NCBI GenBank assembly: GCA_965112635.1 | Contig: OZ218778.1 | Span: 2,464,001-2,528,000 of the forward strand | Source: an uncultured bacterium | GTDB lineage: Bacteria; Oederibacteriota; Oederibacteriia; Oederibacteriales; Oederibacteriaceae | Length of the DNA: 64,000 bases | Direction: 5' to 3' | Part shown: in pieces, positions 46,837-55,462 of the stretch | How positions within the stretch are numbered: the stretch's first letter is position 1 | Layout: the number at the start of each line of letters is the position of its first letter | Made by a program: the position numbers and the translations under genes | Notes under the pieces: generated by a model | Told to the model about the DNA's origin: nothing | The model's database searches: none | The model's input: the letters and a program-made list of their open reading frames with translations, nothing else

Positions 46837-48519
46837 ATGGACGCTTTTTCTCTGGATAACATAAATTTTACTTACCAAAAAAGCACTGACCCGGCCCTTA
46901 AAAACATCAACCTGGTTGCTCCGGAAAAGACCTTGAGCGTCCTGATGGGCCCCAACGGCGCGGGCAAATCCACCCTGTGCCAGCTTTTGAACGGCATCAT
47001 CCCGCACTTCCGCAAAGGCCAGCTCCAGGGCAGCCTGGCCGTCCTCGGCCAAGCTGGCGGCAAAAAACCCAACGAGCTCTTTAACCGCGTCGGCATGATC
47101 TTCCAAGATTTTGAAACCCAGCTCTTTTCCACGACCGTGGAGCTGGAAATAGCGTTCGGCCTGGAAAACCTGGGCCTGTCCGTGAGCGAAATTGACCGGC
47201 GCATCAAGGTCTATCTGGATCTGGTCGGCCTGTCCGGAATGGAAAAACGCGAACCCGCGACCCTTTCCGGCGGCGAAAAGCAGCGCCTGGCCCTGGCCGC
47301 GGTCCTGGCCATGGAGCCTGAACTCCTCATCCTGGACGAACCCACCACGGACCTGGACCCCCTGGGCAAAAAGGACATTTTGAACCTGGCCAAAAAGCTC
47401 CAAAGCGAACAAAAATCCGCCATCCTCATGGTGGAGCATGACTTCCAGGAAATGCAATCTGCCGGCCAGTGGATCGTCCTGTCCCAGGGTGAGATCAAAA
47501 AGTCGGGCAAACCCGGCGAACTCCTGAAAGACATGGCTCTTTTTTCGGATAACGCCCTGCAGGCGCCCCAGCTCCCCCACCTCTTTTCCAAGCTGGGCCT
47601 GTCTCCTTTGCCGGAAAATATAGAACAGGCCAAAACCGGCCTGGCCAAAGCCGGCTATACTTTTTCCAAACAAAAGTTCGCCTCTATGGTCAGCCAAAAG
47701 AACAGGCGGCCAGCCGCTGACCCGGTCATCCAGGCGGATAAAGCTTCCTTCAGCTACGACAAGCAAGGCACCGGCATCCAGGACATTTCCTTTTCCGTGC
47801 GAAAAGGCGAATTTGTGGCCATCCTCGGCCAGAACGGTTCGGGCAAGACAACCCTGGCCAAACATTTGAACGGCCTTATCCTTCCCCAATCCGGCTCCAT
47901 CAAGGTCAATGGCAAAAAAACAAGTGAGACTCCCCTGACCCAGCTCGGCCGTGTCGTGGGCTATGTGTTCCAGAACCCGGACCACCAGATATTTTCCGAT
48001 ACGGTGGCGGAGGAACTGGCTTTTGGCCCCAACAACCGGGGCATCACCGGCGACCTGCAAAAACAATACATCACCGAAGCGCTGAAGGCCGTGCATCTGG
48101 AAGGTTTTGAGCCCAAAGACCCTTTTACCCTGACCAAGGGAGAGCGTAAACGCGTGGCCATCGCCTCGGTCCTGGCCACCCGGCCCGAAGTGCTCATCTT
48201 TGACGAGCCGACCACCGGCCTGGATTTCAGCCAGCAAAAGACCATGATGCAGATGATCCAAAGCCTCAACCAGGCCGGACAGACCATCTTTATCATCACG
48301 CACTCCATGTGGGTGGCGGCCCAATACAGCGACAGGGTCATTTTGCTCAAGGACGGCCGACTGCTGGCCGACGGCCCGGCCCGGGACATCTTCAGCCAGG
48401 AGGACTTGCTGGCCAGGACCCATCTCCAAGCGCCGGACATCCTGAGCCTGAGCAACCTGTTCGGCTGTCCCTGCCTGACCCTGGAGGAAGCCTTGGAAAG
48501 CCTGGAGAAAAAACAATGA
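46837..48519 (+). CDS. ECF transporter fused double ATPase (EcfA-A')
   Basis: GPNGAGKST, LSGGEKQR and ILDEPT in the first domain. GQNGSGKTT, FQNPDHQIF and IFDEPT in the second. Confidence 0.95.
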   Translation: MDAFSLDNINFTYQKSTDPALKNINLVAPEKTLSVLMGPNGAGKSTLCQLLNGIIPHFRKGQLQGSLAVLGQAGGKKPNELFNRVGMIFQDFETQLFSTTVELEIAFGLENLGLSVSEIDRRIKVYLDLVGLSGMEKREPATLSGGEKQRLALAAVLAMEPELLILDEPTTDLDPLGKKDILNLAKKLQSEQKSAILMVEHDFQEMQSAGQWIVLSQGEIKKSGKPGELLKDMALFSDNALQAPQLPHLFSKLGLSPLPENIEQAKTGLAKAGYTFSKQKFASMVSQKNRRPAADPVIQADKASFSYDKQGTGIQDISFSVRKGEFVAILGQNGSGKTTLAKHLNGLILPQSGSIKVNGKKTSETPLTQLGRVVGYVFQNPDHQIFSDTVAEELAFGPNNRGITGDLQKQYITEALKAVHLEGFEPKDPFTLTKGERKRVAIASVLATRPEVLIFDEPTTGLDFSQQKTMMQMIQSLNQAGQTIFIITHSMWVAAQYSDRVILLKDGRLLADGPARDIFSQEDLLARTHLQAPDILSLSNLFGCPCLTLEEALESLEKKQ

Positions 48520-49244
48520 GACTGTTCTTATACGCCAATGAAAGGACCTTTTTGCATCGCCTGGACCCGCGGACCAAGTTCCTGGCTATGGTCATCGCCT
48601 TTATCATGATCCTGCTCTGGCGGGATATACCCTTTTTGGCCGTTTTGCTGGCCTTGGCCGTGACCGCCCTGTTGTGGGGCCGCTGCCAGGCCCAGCTCAA
48701 GCTCATGCTCCTGCCCTTGGCCGTGCTGTTCATCACCACGATCTTTATGTGGAGCGCTTTTAACCGCTTTACCTGGGCCGGCACCCTCTACGGCCTGGCC
48801 ATGTCTTTAAGGCTCGGCTTTATCCTGCTCATCGGCATCCTGCTCCTGGCCACCACCCGCCTGGAGGACATTACCAGCGCCCTGCTTTTCATGGGCGTTC
48901 CTTATACCCTGAGCTTCAGCTTCTCTTTAGCGTTGCGCCTGCTCCCCACCTTCATCAACACCACCACGACCATCATCGAAGCTCAAAAATCGCGCGGTCT
49001 GGATTTGAACTCGAAAAATCCCTGGGAAAGGGTTAAAAGGTATGTGCCTTTGCTGGTGCCCATCCTGTCCTGCGCCTTCAGGCAGGTGGATTTGCTGGCC
49101 ATGGCCCTGGAATCCCGCGGCTTCGGCGTGCCCGTGGCCAAAAAAAGCATCTATACTAAACTGGGTTTTAAGTCCGCTGACTATCTGGTGACAGGTATAA
49201 TAATAGTAGGGTTTATTGGGTTGGTTATATTGAGATGGAAGTAA
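48516..49244 (+). CDS. ecfT: ECF transporter T component
   Basis: LHRLDPRTK, EAQKSRG and LAMALESRGF. ATG 48516 overlaps the ATPase stop. Confidence 0.92.
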   Translation: MRLFLYANERTFLHRLDPRTKFLAMVIAFIMILLWRDIPFLAVLLALAVTALLWGRCQAQLKLMLLPLAVLFITTIFMWSAFNRFTWAGTLYGLAMSLRLGFILLIGILLLATTRLEDITSALLFMGVPYTLSFSFSLALRLLPTFINTTTTIIEAQKSRGLDLNSKNPWERVKRYVPLLVPILSCAFRQVDLLAMALESRGFGVPVAKKSIYTKLGFKSADYLVTGIIIVGFIGLVILRWK

Positions 49245-49297
49245 TCTAGCCTGACAAATACTATCAGTCGTTCCACATAACTTTTATTATCTTCCAG

Positions 49298-51559
49298 CTA
49301 ATCATGTAACACTAAAAACGCCGCCTTGGGGTCCCCGCAGTTGTCCACGACCTCCTGGAAGGGCATCCGCTTGAACGGTTTCCCCGTGTTGCGGTCCACC
49401 ACCAGCTTGACGATGGCGCAGTTCTTATACCCTTTGAGGGGCACCATGATGATGCTTCCGTTGAACTGGAACTTTACCGGCCTGAGCGTATTGTCCCCCG
49501 GATACTGCACCAACACCTGTCCGATGTCGTGGCCCCTCTTGACCTGGAAGAAAGCGTATTTGTCCTTGGCAAAAGAGATATGGTCATAAGCGCTCAGCTC
49601 CTCGGTGATAATGCCGGCCACATAGCCGTCCGGCACCGTAAAAAGCTTGCCCTGCAGGTCGTTGGACAACCTCATGGGGTCCTGCTCAAAGCAAAACACT
49701 CTCCTTTTGAAATGGCCGAATAAAGGCACATATTTCTTATAAAGCTTTAAATTCGCGTTTTTGGCTTTGGACGGCACTCCGTACATCTGCGGGGCGACCG
49801 GGAAAGAGCCGTGCAGGACGGACCGTTTCAGGTTCTCTTCGGTTGTCCTGGCGTCGCTTCCCCACAAAAAGAAAAGGGGCATGGCCAGGGCCGCGTAAAA
49901 GAACTTTTCCTCCATATTATCCCCGTCCCCTTCCAGCATCACGCCGTCCACGTATTTCATACAGCGGATGGTCTGGGTCTTGTTGGCAAAGCAGCAGCGG
50001 TCCTGCCCTTCCAAAAGCTCCTTGTGCATCCGTTCCGTGATAGCGTCAAAACCGAAGTTGATACTGTAGGCCGGTTTGTTATGGGCCACGGTGATGCCGT
50101 CATCATGGGCAAAATCAAGGCCCACGTGCCTGAAGCAATCTAAAAAGAACCCCTCCAGCTTGGGATAGGCCTGCATCATTTCACTGGCCGTTTTCAGCAT
50201 ATACTTGCCGAATGGCCCATTGAGGTCAGGGTTCATCAACCGGCACATCATCCAGCCGGTATTTTGCAATTTCCCGTTTTCCAGCGTGCAAATGGAGCTT
50301 TTGAAATACTTTTCCACCCAGGGTTCAAAACCGTCGGAAAAATTGATGTAAAACATGGGATGGAAACCCGCGGCCTGGAACCGTCCGATGGCCTTCTTGA
50401 TGTTTTCCTGGTCCATCCTATAAATACGGGGATCGATGAACCCTTTGGGAAGAAGGCCTTTTTTAACCAGCTCCTTCTGGGAATAGCGCTCAAAAAGCCT
50501 CCAAACCTCTTTATAGGACAGCTTCTTCCCGGACCTTAGCCAGATCTGTTCCAAAGCTAAAATGCCGGGCCAGGATTTTTCCTTGGGCATGTAGTAGCCG
50601 TACCAGGGGAAATGGCAATGGAACTCGAAAAATTTGTCTCCTAGTATTTTATAAGCCTCGGCGTGCAGGGAAGTCTCTATCCAGCCTCCCACGAACACTC
50701 CGGCCTTGTCATGGATGCAGTCATTGGCCGGGTAAAAATACTCCCGGTATTTTTCCACAGTTTGGCCCAAGCCCGGACGCCAATCTCCCTCATGAAAGAA
50801 CACCTTGACCTCAGTCTCTAGTTTACGGTCTTTAACCAGCCCAACGTAATAGTTCACTACCTCCAGAACCGGATAGTCTCTTGGGTCGCTCTCATGCCCG
50901 CCCCAGTTGAAATCCTTGTCCCCGTTCTGGAACTGGAATTTGGCCGCCGGCACTTTCTGGTCATATGGCACGATAACCGAATACCCCACATCTTTGGTCC
51001 GGTCATAATGCGAAACAATGGGAACCACTATCTCGTGAGAAGTCCCTGAGAAAGGGATTTGGCCGTAGCTGTAATCAAAGGTCGTCATCCCGTCAAAAAG
51101 CAGGTCTGATTTGTTCGCCGGCGCCCACACCATCCACCCCGCTATCATCGGAAGCATGAAATACACTCGAATGGAACGGTCTGCGACCTTTTTGCCTTTC
51201 TTTTCCATATCCACATGCCAGGTAAAACAATCCTGCTCCATGCTCAGGGTCACTTTGACCGTAAACTTCGCGCCAGCAAACTGCTTGAGGTAGGTGATGG
51301 TATTGCCATTGGCTTGGAAATCCTTAACTGTGAATTTCTGGTCAAAGTCAGAGAACCATTTCCTTTCCAGCTCGTCGAATATCCGCAAGCCCCCGATATA
51401 TCCCCGGATTTCCTGCTGTAACTGTTTGAACAGGTCGATTTGCTTGTCTTTCCAGACCATCGACCGAATCCATCCGGTCTTTTTCTCCACGCCAATGGAT
51501 GACCTGGAATTCTCTATCCGGACTAATGACACTGAATAAAATAATTTCTGCTTCTTCAT
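49298..51559 (-). CDS. Glycoside-hydrolase-like protein, paralog A (function unknown)
   Basis: Beta-sandwich N-domain plus TIM-barrel-like motifs (MFYIN, GFFLDCF, DGVMLEG). No signal peptide. Confidence 0.6.
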   Translation of the reverse strand: MKKQKLFYSVSLVRIENSRSSIGVEKKTGWIRSMVWKDKQIDLFKQLQQEIRGYIGGLRIFDELERKWFSDFDQKFTVKDFQANGNTITYLKQFAGAKFTVKVTLSMEQDCFTWHVDMEKKGKKVADRSIRVYFMLPMIAGWMVWAPANKSDLLFDGMTTFDYSYGQIPFSGTSHEIVVPIVSHYDRTKDVGYSVIVPYDQKVPAAKFQFQNGDKDFNWGGHESDPRDYPVLEVVNYYVGLVKDRKLETEVKVFFHEGDWRPGLGQTVEKYREYFYPANDCIHDKAGVFVGGWIETSLHAEAYKILGDKFFEFHCHFPWYGYYMPKEKSWPGILALEQIWLRSGKKLSYKEVWRLFERYSQKELVKKGLLPKGFIDPRIYRMDQENIKKAIGRFQAAGFHPMFYINFSDGFEPWVEKYFKSSICTLENGKLQNTGWMMCRLMNPDLNGPFGKYMLKTASEMMQAYPKLEGFFLDCFRHVGLDFAHDDGITVAHNKPAYSINFGFDAITERMHKELLEGQDRCCFANKTQTIRCMKYVDGVMLEGDGDNMEEKFFYAALAMPLFFLWGSDARTTEENLKRSVLHGSFPVAPQMYGVPSKAKNANLKLYKKYVPLFGHFKRRVFCFEQDPMRLSNDLQGKLFTVPDGYVAGIITEELSAYDHISFAKDKYAFFQVKRGHDIGQVLVQYPGDNTLRPVKFQFNGSIIMVPLKGYKNCAIVKLVVDRNTGKPFKRMPFQEVVDNCGDPKAAFLVLHD

Positions 51560-51605
51560 ATCAGAATCTCCTTCCTAATAAATTGTAATATTGACTTAAT
51601 TGGTC

Positions 51606-53909
51606 CTAGTCATGTTTCACTAAAAACGCGGCTTTGGGGTCGCCGCAGTTGTCCACGACCTCCTGGAACGGCATCCTCTTGAACGGTTTTCCCGTGTTGC
51701 GGTCGACCACCAGCTTGACCACCGCGCAGTTCTGATAGCCCTGGAGAGGCACCATGATGATGCTTCCGTTGAACTGGAACTTGACCGGCCTTGGTTTTTT
51801 ATCCCCCGGGTACTGCACCAGAACCTGTCCGATGTCGTGGCCTTGCTTGACCTGGACAAACACATGCTTGGTCTTGGCATAGGAGACCCTGTCTCCCACC
51901 CCGACTTCCCTGCTCATAATGCCGGCCACATAGCCGTCAGGGATGGTATAGAGCTTGCCTTCCATTCCACTGGACATCCTCATGGGGTCAGGCTCAAAGC
52001 AGAACACCCTGCGCCGGAAATGCTCATAGAGAGGCAGGAATTTTTGGTATAGCTTCAAATACCTTTTATACTGCTTGCCCCCGGTCTTATTTACCCTGCC
52101 TTCGTTCAGGGAAGGCGTGGTCGGGAAACAGCCGTGATAAACAGACCGCTTTAAACCTTCCTCGGCCGTGCTTTCCACACTGCCCCATGCCTCGCTGCCC
52201 CACAAAAAGAACAAAGGCATGGCCACGGACGGGTAAAAGAATTTTTCCTCCATCACCTCGCCGTTGCCTTCCAGGATGACCGCGTCCAAATGCTTCATGG
52301 CCCGGATGGTATGGGGCACATTGGCGAAATTGCACAGGTTCCGGCCTTCCAGAAGTTCCTTTTGGATGCGCTCCGTGATGCTGTCAAACCCGAAATTGAC
52401 GCTGTAAGCGGGCTGGTTATGGGCCACGGTCACCCCGTCATCGTGAGCAAAATCAATTTCCACATGGTGGAAACAATCGTAAAAAAACCCGCCCAGCTCA
52501 GGATAGGCTCGGAGCATTTCCCTGAGGGTCTCCAGCAGCATGGCGCCAAAGGGGAACCGCACATCCGGGTTCATCAAACGGCACATATACCAGCCGCTGT
52601 TAATGGGCTTGCCGTTCTCCAGCCGGCAGATGGAACTCCGGAAGTTCTTTTCGGCCCAGGGTTCCAAGCCGTCCGAGTAATTGGTATAGAACAAGGAATG
52701 GATGCCAGCCTTGGACAGTTTCTGGATGGACTTCCTGATGTTGTTACGGCTAAGCTCAAAAAATATTTTGTAATCCTCGGTTATCTTCGCAGGCATATCC
52801 ATCAGCTTTTTCCTGCGGATATCCTGAAAAGACTCTTTCACGGACAGTTTCCAAACCTGTTCCATGGTCAGCTTGTCTTTGTTTTTATGGTAGATGCCCT
52901 CCAATACCCTGATCCCCCGCCAGGTCTTTTCACTGGGCATGTAATGTCCGTACCAGGGAAAATGGCCGTGATATTCAAAAAATTTCAGGCCCAAAGCCCG
53001 GTATTTGGGGATATGAAAGGAGGTGTAGATGCCTCCGCAAGAATAGACCCCGGCCATGTCATGGACGCAGTCATTGGCCGGGTAAAAATACTCCCGGTAT
53101 TTTTCCACAGTTTGGCCCAAGCCCGGACGCCAATCTCCCTCATGAAAGAACACCTTGACCTCTGTCTTCAGCTTCCGGTCCTTCACCAGGCCGATGTAAT
53201 AGTTCACGACCTCCAGCACAGGATAGTCCGCCGGGTCGCTTTCGTGCCCGCCCCAGTTGAAATCCTTGCCCCCGTTCTGGAACTGGAATTTTGCCGCCGG
53301 CACTTTCTGGTCATACGGCACGATGACCGAATACCCCACATCTTTGGTCCGGTCATAATGCGAAACAATGGGAACCACTATCTCATGCGATGTCCCGGAA
53401 AACGGGATTTGCCCGTAGCTGTAATCAAAGGTCGTCATCCCGTCAAAAAGCAGGTCTGACTTGTTCGCCGGAGCCCATACCATCCACCCCGCGATCAAAG
53501 GCAGCATGAAATACACCCGGATGGACCGGTCTGCCACGTTTTTCCCTTTTTTCTCCATGTCTACGTGCCAGGTAAAACAATCCTGTTCCATGCTCAGGGT
53601 TACTTTGACCGTAAACTTCGCGCCAGCAAACTGTTTGAGGTAGGTGATGGTATTGCCATTGGCTTGGAAATCTTTGACTGTGAATTTCTGGTCAAAATCA
53701 GAGAACCATATCCTATCCAGCTCATCAAATATCCTGAGTCCACCGATATATCCCCGAATCTCCTGCTGTAACTGTTTAAACAGGTCGATTTGCTTGTCTT
53801 TCCAGACCATCGACCGAATCCATCCGGTCTTTTTCTCCACGCCAATGGATGACCTGGAATTCTCTATCCGGACTAATGAGGTGGGATAAAATATCGAGCG
53901 CTTGGACAT
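51606..53909 (-). CDS. Glycoside-hydrolase-like protein, paralog B
   Basis: N-domain and C-terminus near-identical to paralogs A and C. Confidence 0.6.
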   Translation of the reverse strand: MSKRSIFYPTSLVRIENSRSSIGVEKKTGWIRSMVWKDKQIDLFKQLQQEIRGYIGGLRIFDELDRIWFSDFDQKFTVKDFQANGNTITYLKQFAGAKFTVKVTLSMEQDCFTWHVDMEKKGKNVADRSIRVYFMLPLIAGWMVWAPANKSDLLFDGMTTFDYSYGQIPFSGTSHEIVVPIVSHYDRTKDVGYSVIVPYDQKVPAAKFQFQNGGKDFNWGGHESDPADYPVLEVVNYYIGLVKDRKLKTEVKVFFHEGDWRPGLGQTVEKYREYFYPANDCVHDMAGVYSCGGIYTSFHIPKYRALGLKFFEYHGHFPWYGHYMPSEKTWRGIRVLEGIYHKNKDKLTMEQVWKLSVKESFQDIRRKKLMDMPAKITEDYKIFFELSRNNIRKSIQKLSKAGIHSLFYTNYSDGLEPWAEKNFRSSICRLENGKPINSGWYMCRLMNPDVRFPFGAMLLETLREMLRAYPELGGFFYDCFHHVEIDFAHDDGVTVAHNQPAYSVNFGFDSITERIQKELLEGRNLCNFANVPHTIRAMKHLDAVILEGNGEVMEEKFFYPSVAMPLFFLWGSEAWGSVESTAEEGLKRSVYHGCFPTTPSLNEGRVNKTGGKQYKRYLKLYQKFLPLYEHFRRRVFCFEPDPMRMSSGMEGKLYTIPDGYVAGIMSREVGVGDRVSYAKTKHVFVQVKQGHDIGQVLVQYPGDKKPRPVKFQFNGSIIMVPLQGYQNCAVVKLVVDRNTGKPFKRMPFQEVVDNCGDPKAAFLVKHD

Positions 53910-53931
53910 ACTGTTCTCCTTCCTAGAATCT

Positions 53932-54198
53932 TTACTCGTAATGGGTCCACATGCGGATGACTTTGATGGTACGGGTGTCTTGTAAAACCTGATAAACCAA
54001 ACGATGCTGGATATTGATGCGCCGTGAATACGCGCCTGCCAGGTCGCCTACAAGTTTTTCAAAAGGAGGATTAGCTTGATAAGGGTCATGGGATAGGATG
54101 TCTAGTAGTGCTTCAACTTTTTCATGAAGGCCTTCCGAGGATATCTTCTTGGCATCCTTGAGTGCCTGCCTGGAATAAACAACTTTCCAGGCTACCAC
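53932..54198 (-). CDS. yoeB: Txe/YoeB toxin
   Basis: PPFEKLVGDLAGAYSRRINIQHRLVYQV...RMWTHYE. Confidence 0.95.
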   Translation of the reverse strand: MVAWKVVYSRQALKDAKKISSEGLHEKVEALLDILSHDPYQANPPFEKLVGDLAGAYSRRINIQHRLVYQVLQDTRTIKVIRMWTHYE

Positions 54199-54434
54199 TT
54201 GATTTCCTTGCTGTACTTTGAGACAGGAGTTTTCAGCCCCTTGCGAATGGACTCCCTCATCCCCGGTATAGAAAGGAGGTAAAGGGTCTCCTGGATGGAC
54301 CTCCAGTCCTCGTCGGAAATAAGGACTGCATTGCCTTTTTTACCCGTGATCTGGATGGGGTCGTGTTCCCTGCCGGTCCTTTCCATTAGTTTGAAGAAAT
54401 TGGCTCTTGCCTTGCTCGCCGTTAAAGTTGTCAT
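54192..54434 (-). CDS. yefM: Phd/YefM antitoxin
   Basis: ASKARANFFKL..PIQIT..NAVLISDEDWRSIQETLYLLSIPGMRESI. Confidence 0.95.
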   Translation of the reverse strand: MTTLTASKARANFFKLMERTGREHDPIQITGKKGNAVLISDEDWRSIQETLYLLSIPGMRESIRKGLKTPVSKYSKEIKW

Positions 54435-54452
54435 TTTTTACCTCCTGAGGTA

Positions 54453-54481
54453 AGCGTACCATATAGTGTACCACTCGTCAA
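54453..54481 (-). promoter_or_regulatory. yefM-yoeB promoter/operator
   Basis: TTGACG-17-TACGCT. Two GTAC cores 12 bp apart (54456, 54468), as in YefM-YoeB operators. Confidence 0.65.
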
Positions 54482-54493
54482 ATAGGCAGGAGC

Positions 54494-55402
54494 TTAATAC
54501 ATCCCCTTCAGATTTTTCCATCTGCGATGGAGCCAGAGCCATTGGCAGGGGTCTGTGCGGATCTTTTGCTCCAAGTTTTTGGTTAAATCAAGTAGTGCGG
54601 TATGGACCTTTTCTTTCAGGTCCACCCCTTCCTTGAATACATATTCCGGCTCAATGGATACCGTGTGGATGTTATCAGGCCCGCGGGTGATAAAGGAGGG
54701 CAAAAGCGGGGCGCGGCTCCGTAAAGCCAGGATGATGGGCCCGTCCGTGAACAAGGTGGGCTGTCCCAAAAACTGTATCTCGATGCCGGTAGCGTAATAC
54801 TGGTCGCCGGCCAGGACCACCACCTTTTTATCTTTTAAAAGCTTGATGGTATCTTTGATAATGGTTTCCCGGTTATCCCACAAATATTTACTGCCCCCGT
54901 GCATCATGACCTTGACATAGAACTGCTTGAACTGCTCATCATGGGGCGCCCGCAAAAGATACCAGACATCATAACCCTGCTCATCGATGCGGTGCGGGAG
55001 CATGCTGAAACCGCCCCAGTGCGCCGTAAACAGGACCGCTCCCCTGCCCTTGGCCAGGGCCTGTTTAAGATTCTCTTCGCCAGTCACCAGAAAATGGCTT
55101 TCCAATTCCTTGCGGGTCAAATACGGCGTCCGCAGGGTATCGAACACGGAGCGCATCATATAGGAATAGTTCTGGAGCGCGATAGCCTTGATCTCCTGCT
55201 GGCTTTTTTCCTTGCCGAAAACAAGGTTGAGGTTCTTGAGGGTGATGTTGCGGTGTTTGGGCCAGACAGCATAAAAGGTCCGGGCCAGCATATCGGACAG
55301 GCGGTACATAGCGTTCCAGGATAAACGCGGGGTGACAAAATAAAGGCATTCCAAAAATATCCTGAGGAACAGCCCGACCAGGGATTTAAACAAGTTTTTC
55401 AT
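54494..55402 (-). CDS. LpxL/HtrB-family lysophospholipid acyltransferase
   Basis: GEENLKQALAKGRGAVLFTAHWG, LAGDQ, FLGQP and PCQWLWLHRRWK. Confidence 0.9.
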   Translation of the reverse strand: MKNLFKSLVGLFLRIFLECLYFVTPRLSWNAMYRLSDMLARTFYAVWPKHRNITLKNLNLVFGKEKSQQEIKAIALQNYSYMMRSVFDTLRTPYLTRKELESHFLVTGEENLKQALAKGRGAVLFTAHWGGFSMLPHRIDEQGYDVWYLLRAPHDEQFKQFYVKVMMHGGSKYLWDNRETIIKDTIKLLKDKKVVVLAGDQYYATGIEIQFLGQPTLFTDGPIILALRSRAPLLPSFITRGPDNIHTVSIEPEYVFKEGVDLKEKVHTALLDLTKNLEQKIRTDPCQWLWLHRRWKNLKGMY

Positions 55403-55462
55403 ATCCAGATTTTAGCACAACCCTGCCCGTAATATTTCAAGTCGCGCGGGGAACGGACTTGA

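Noticed and set aside
46786-48516. Long antisense ORFs (also 2202-3143, 10530-11504, 14094-15179, 37942-38844, 52290-53459, 56684-57598, 58399-59280)
   Set aside because: Shadows of well-supported genes on the opposite strand caused by codon bias. None shows an independent motif.
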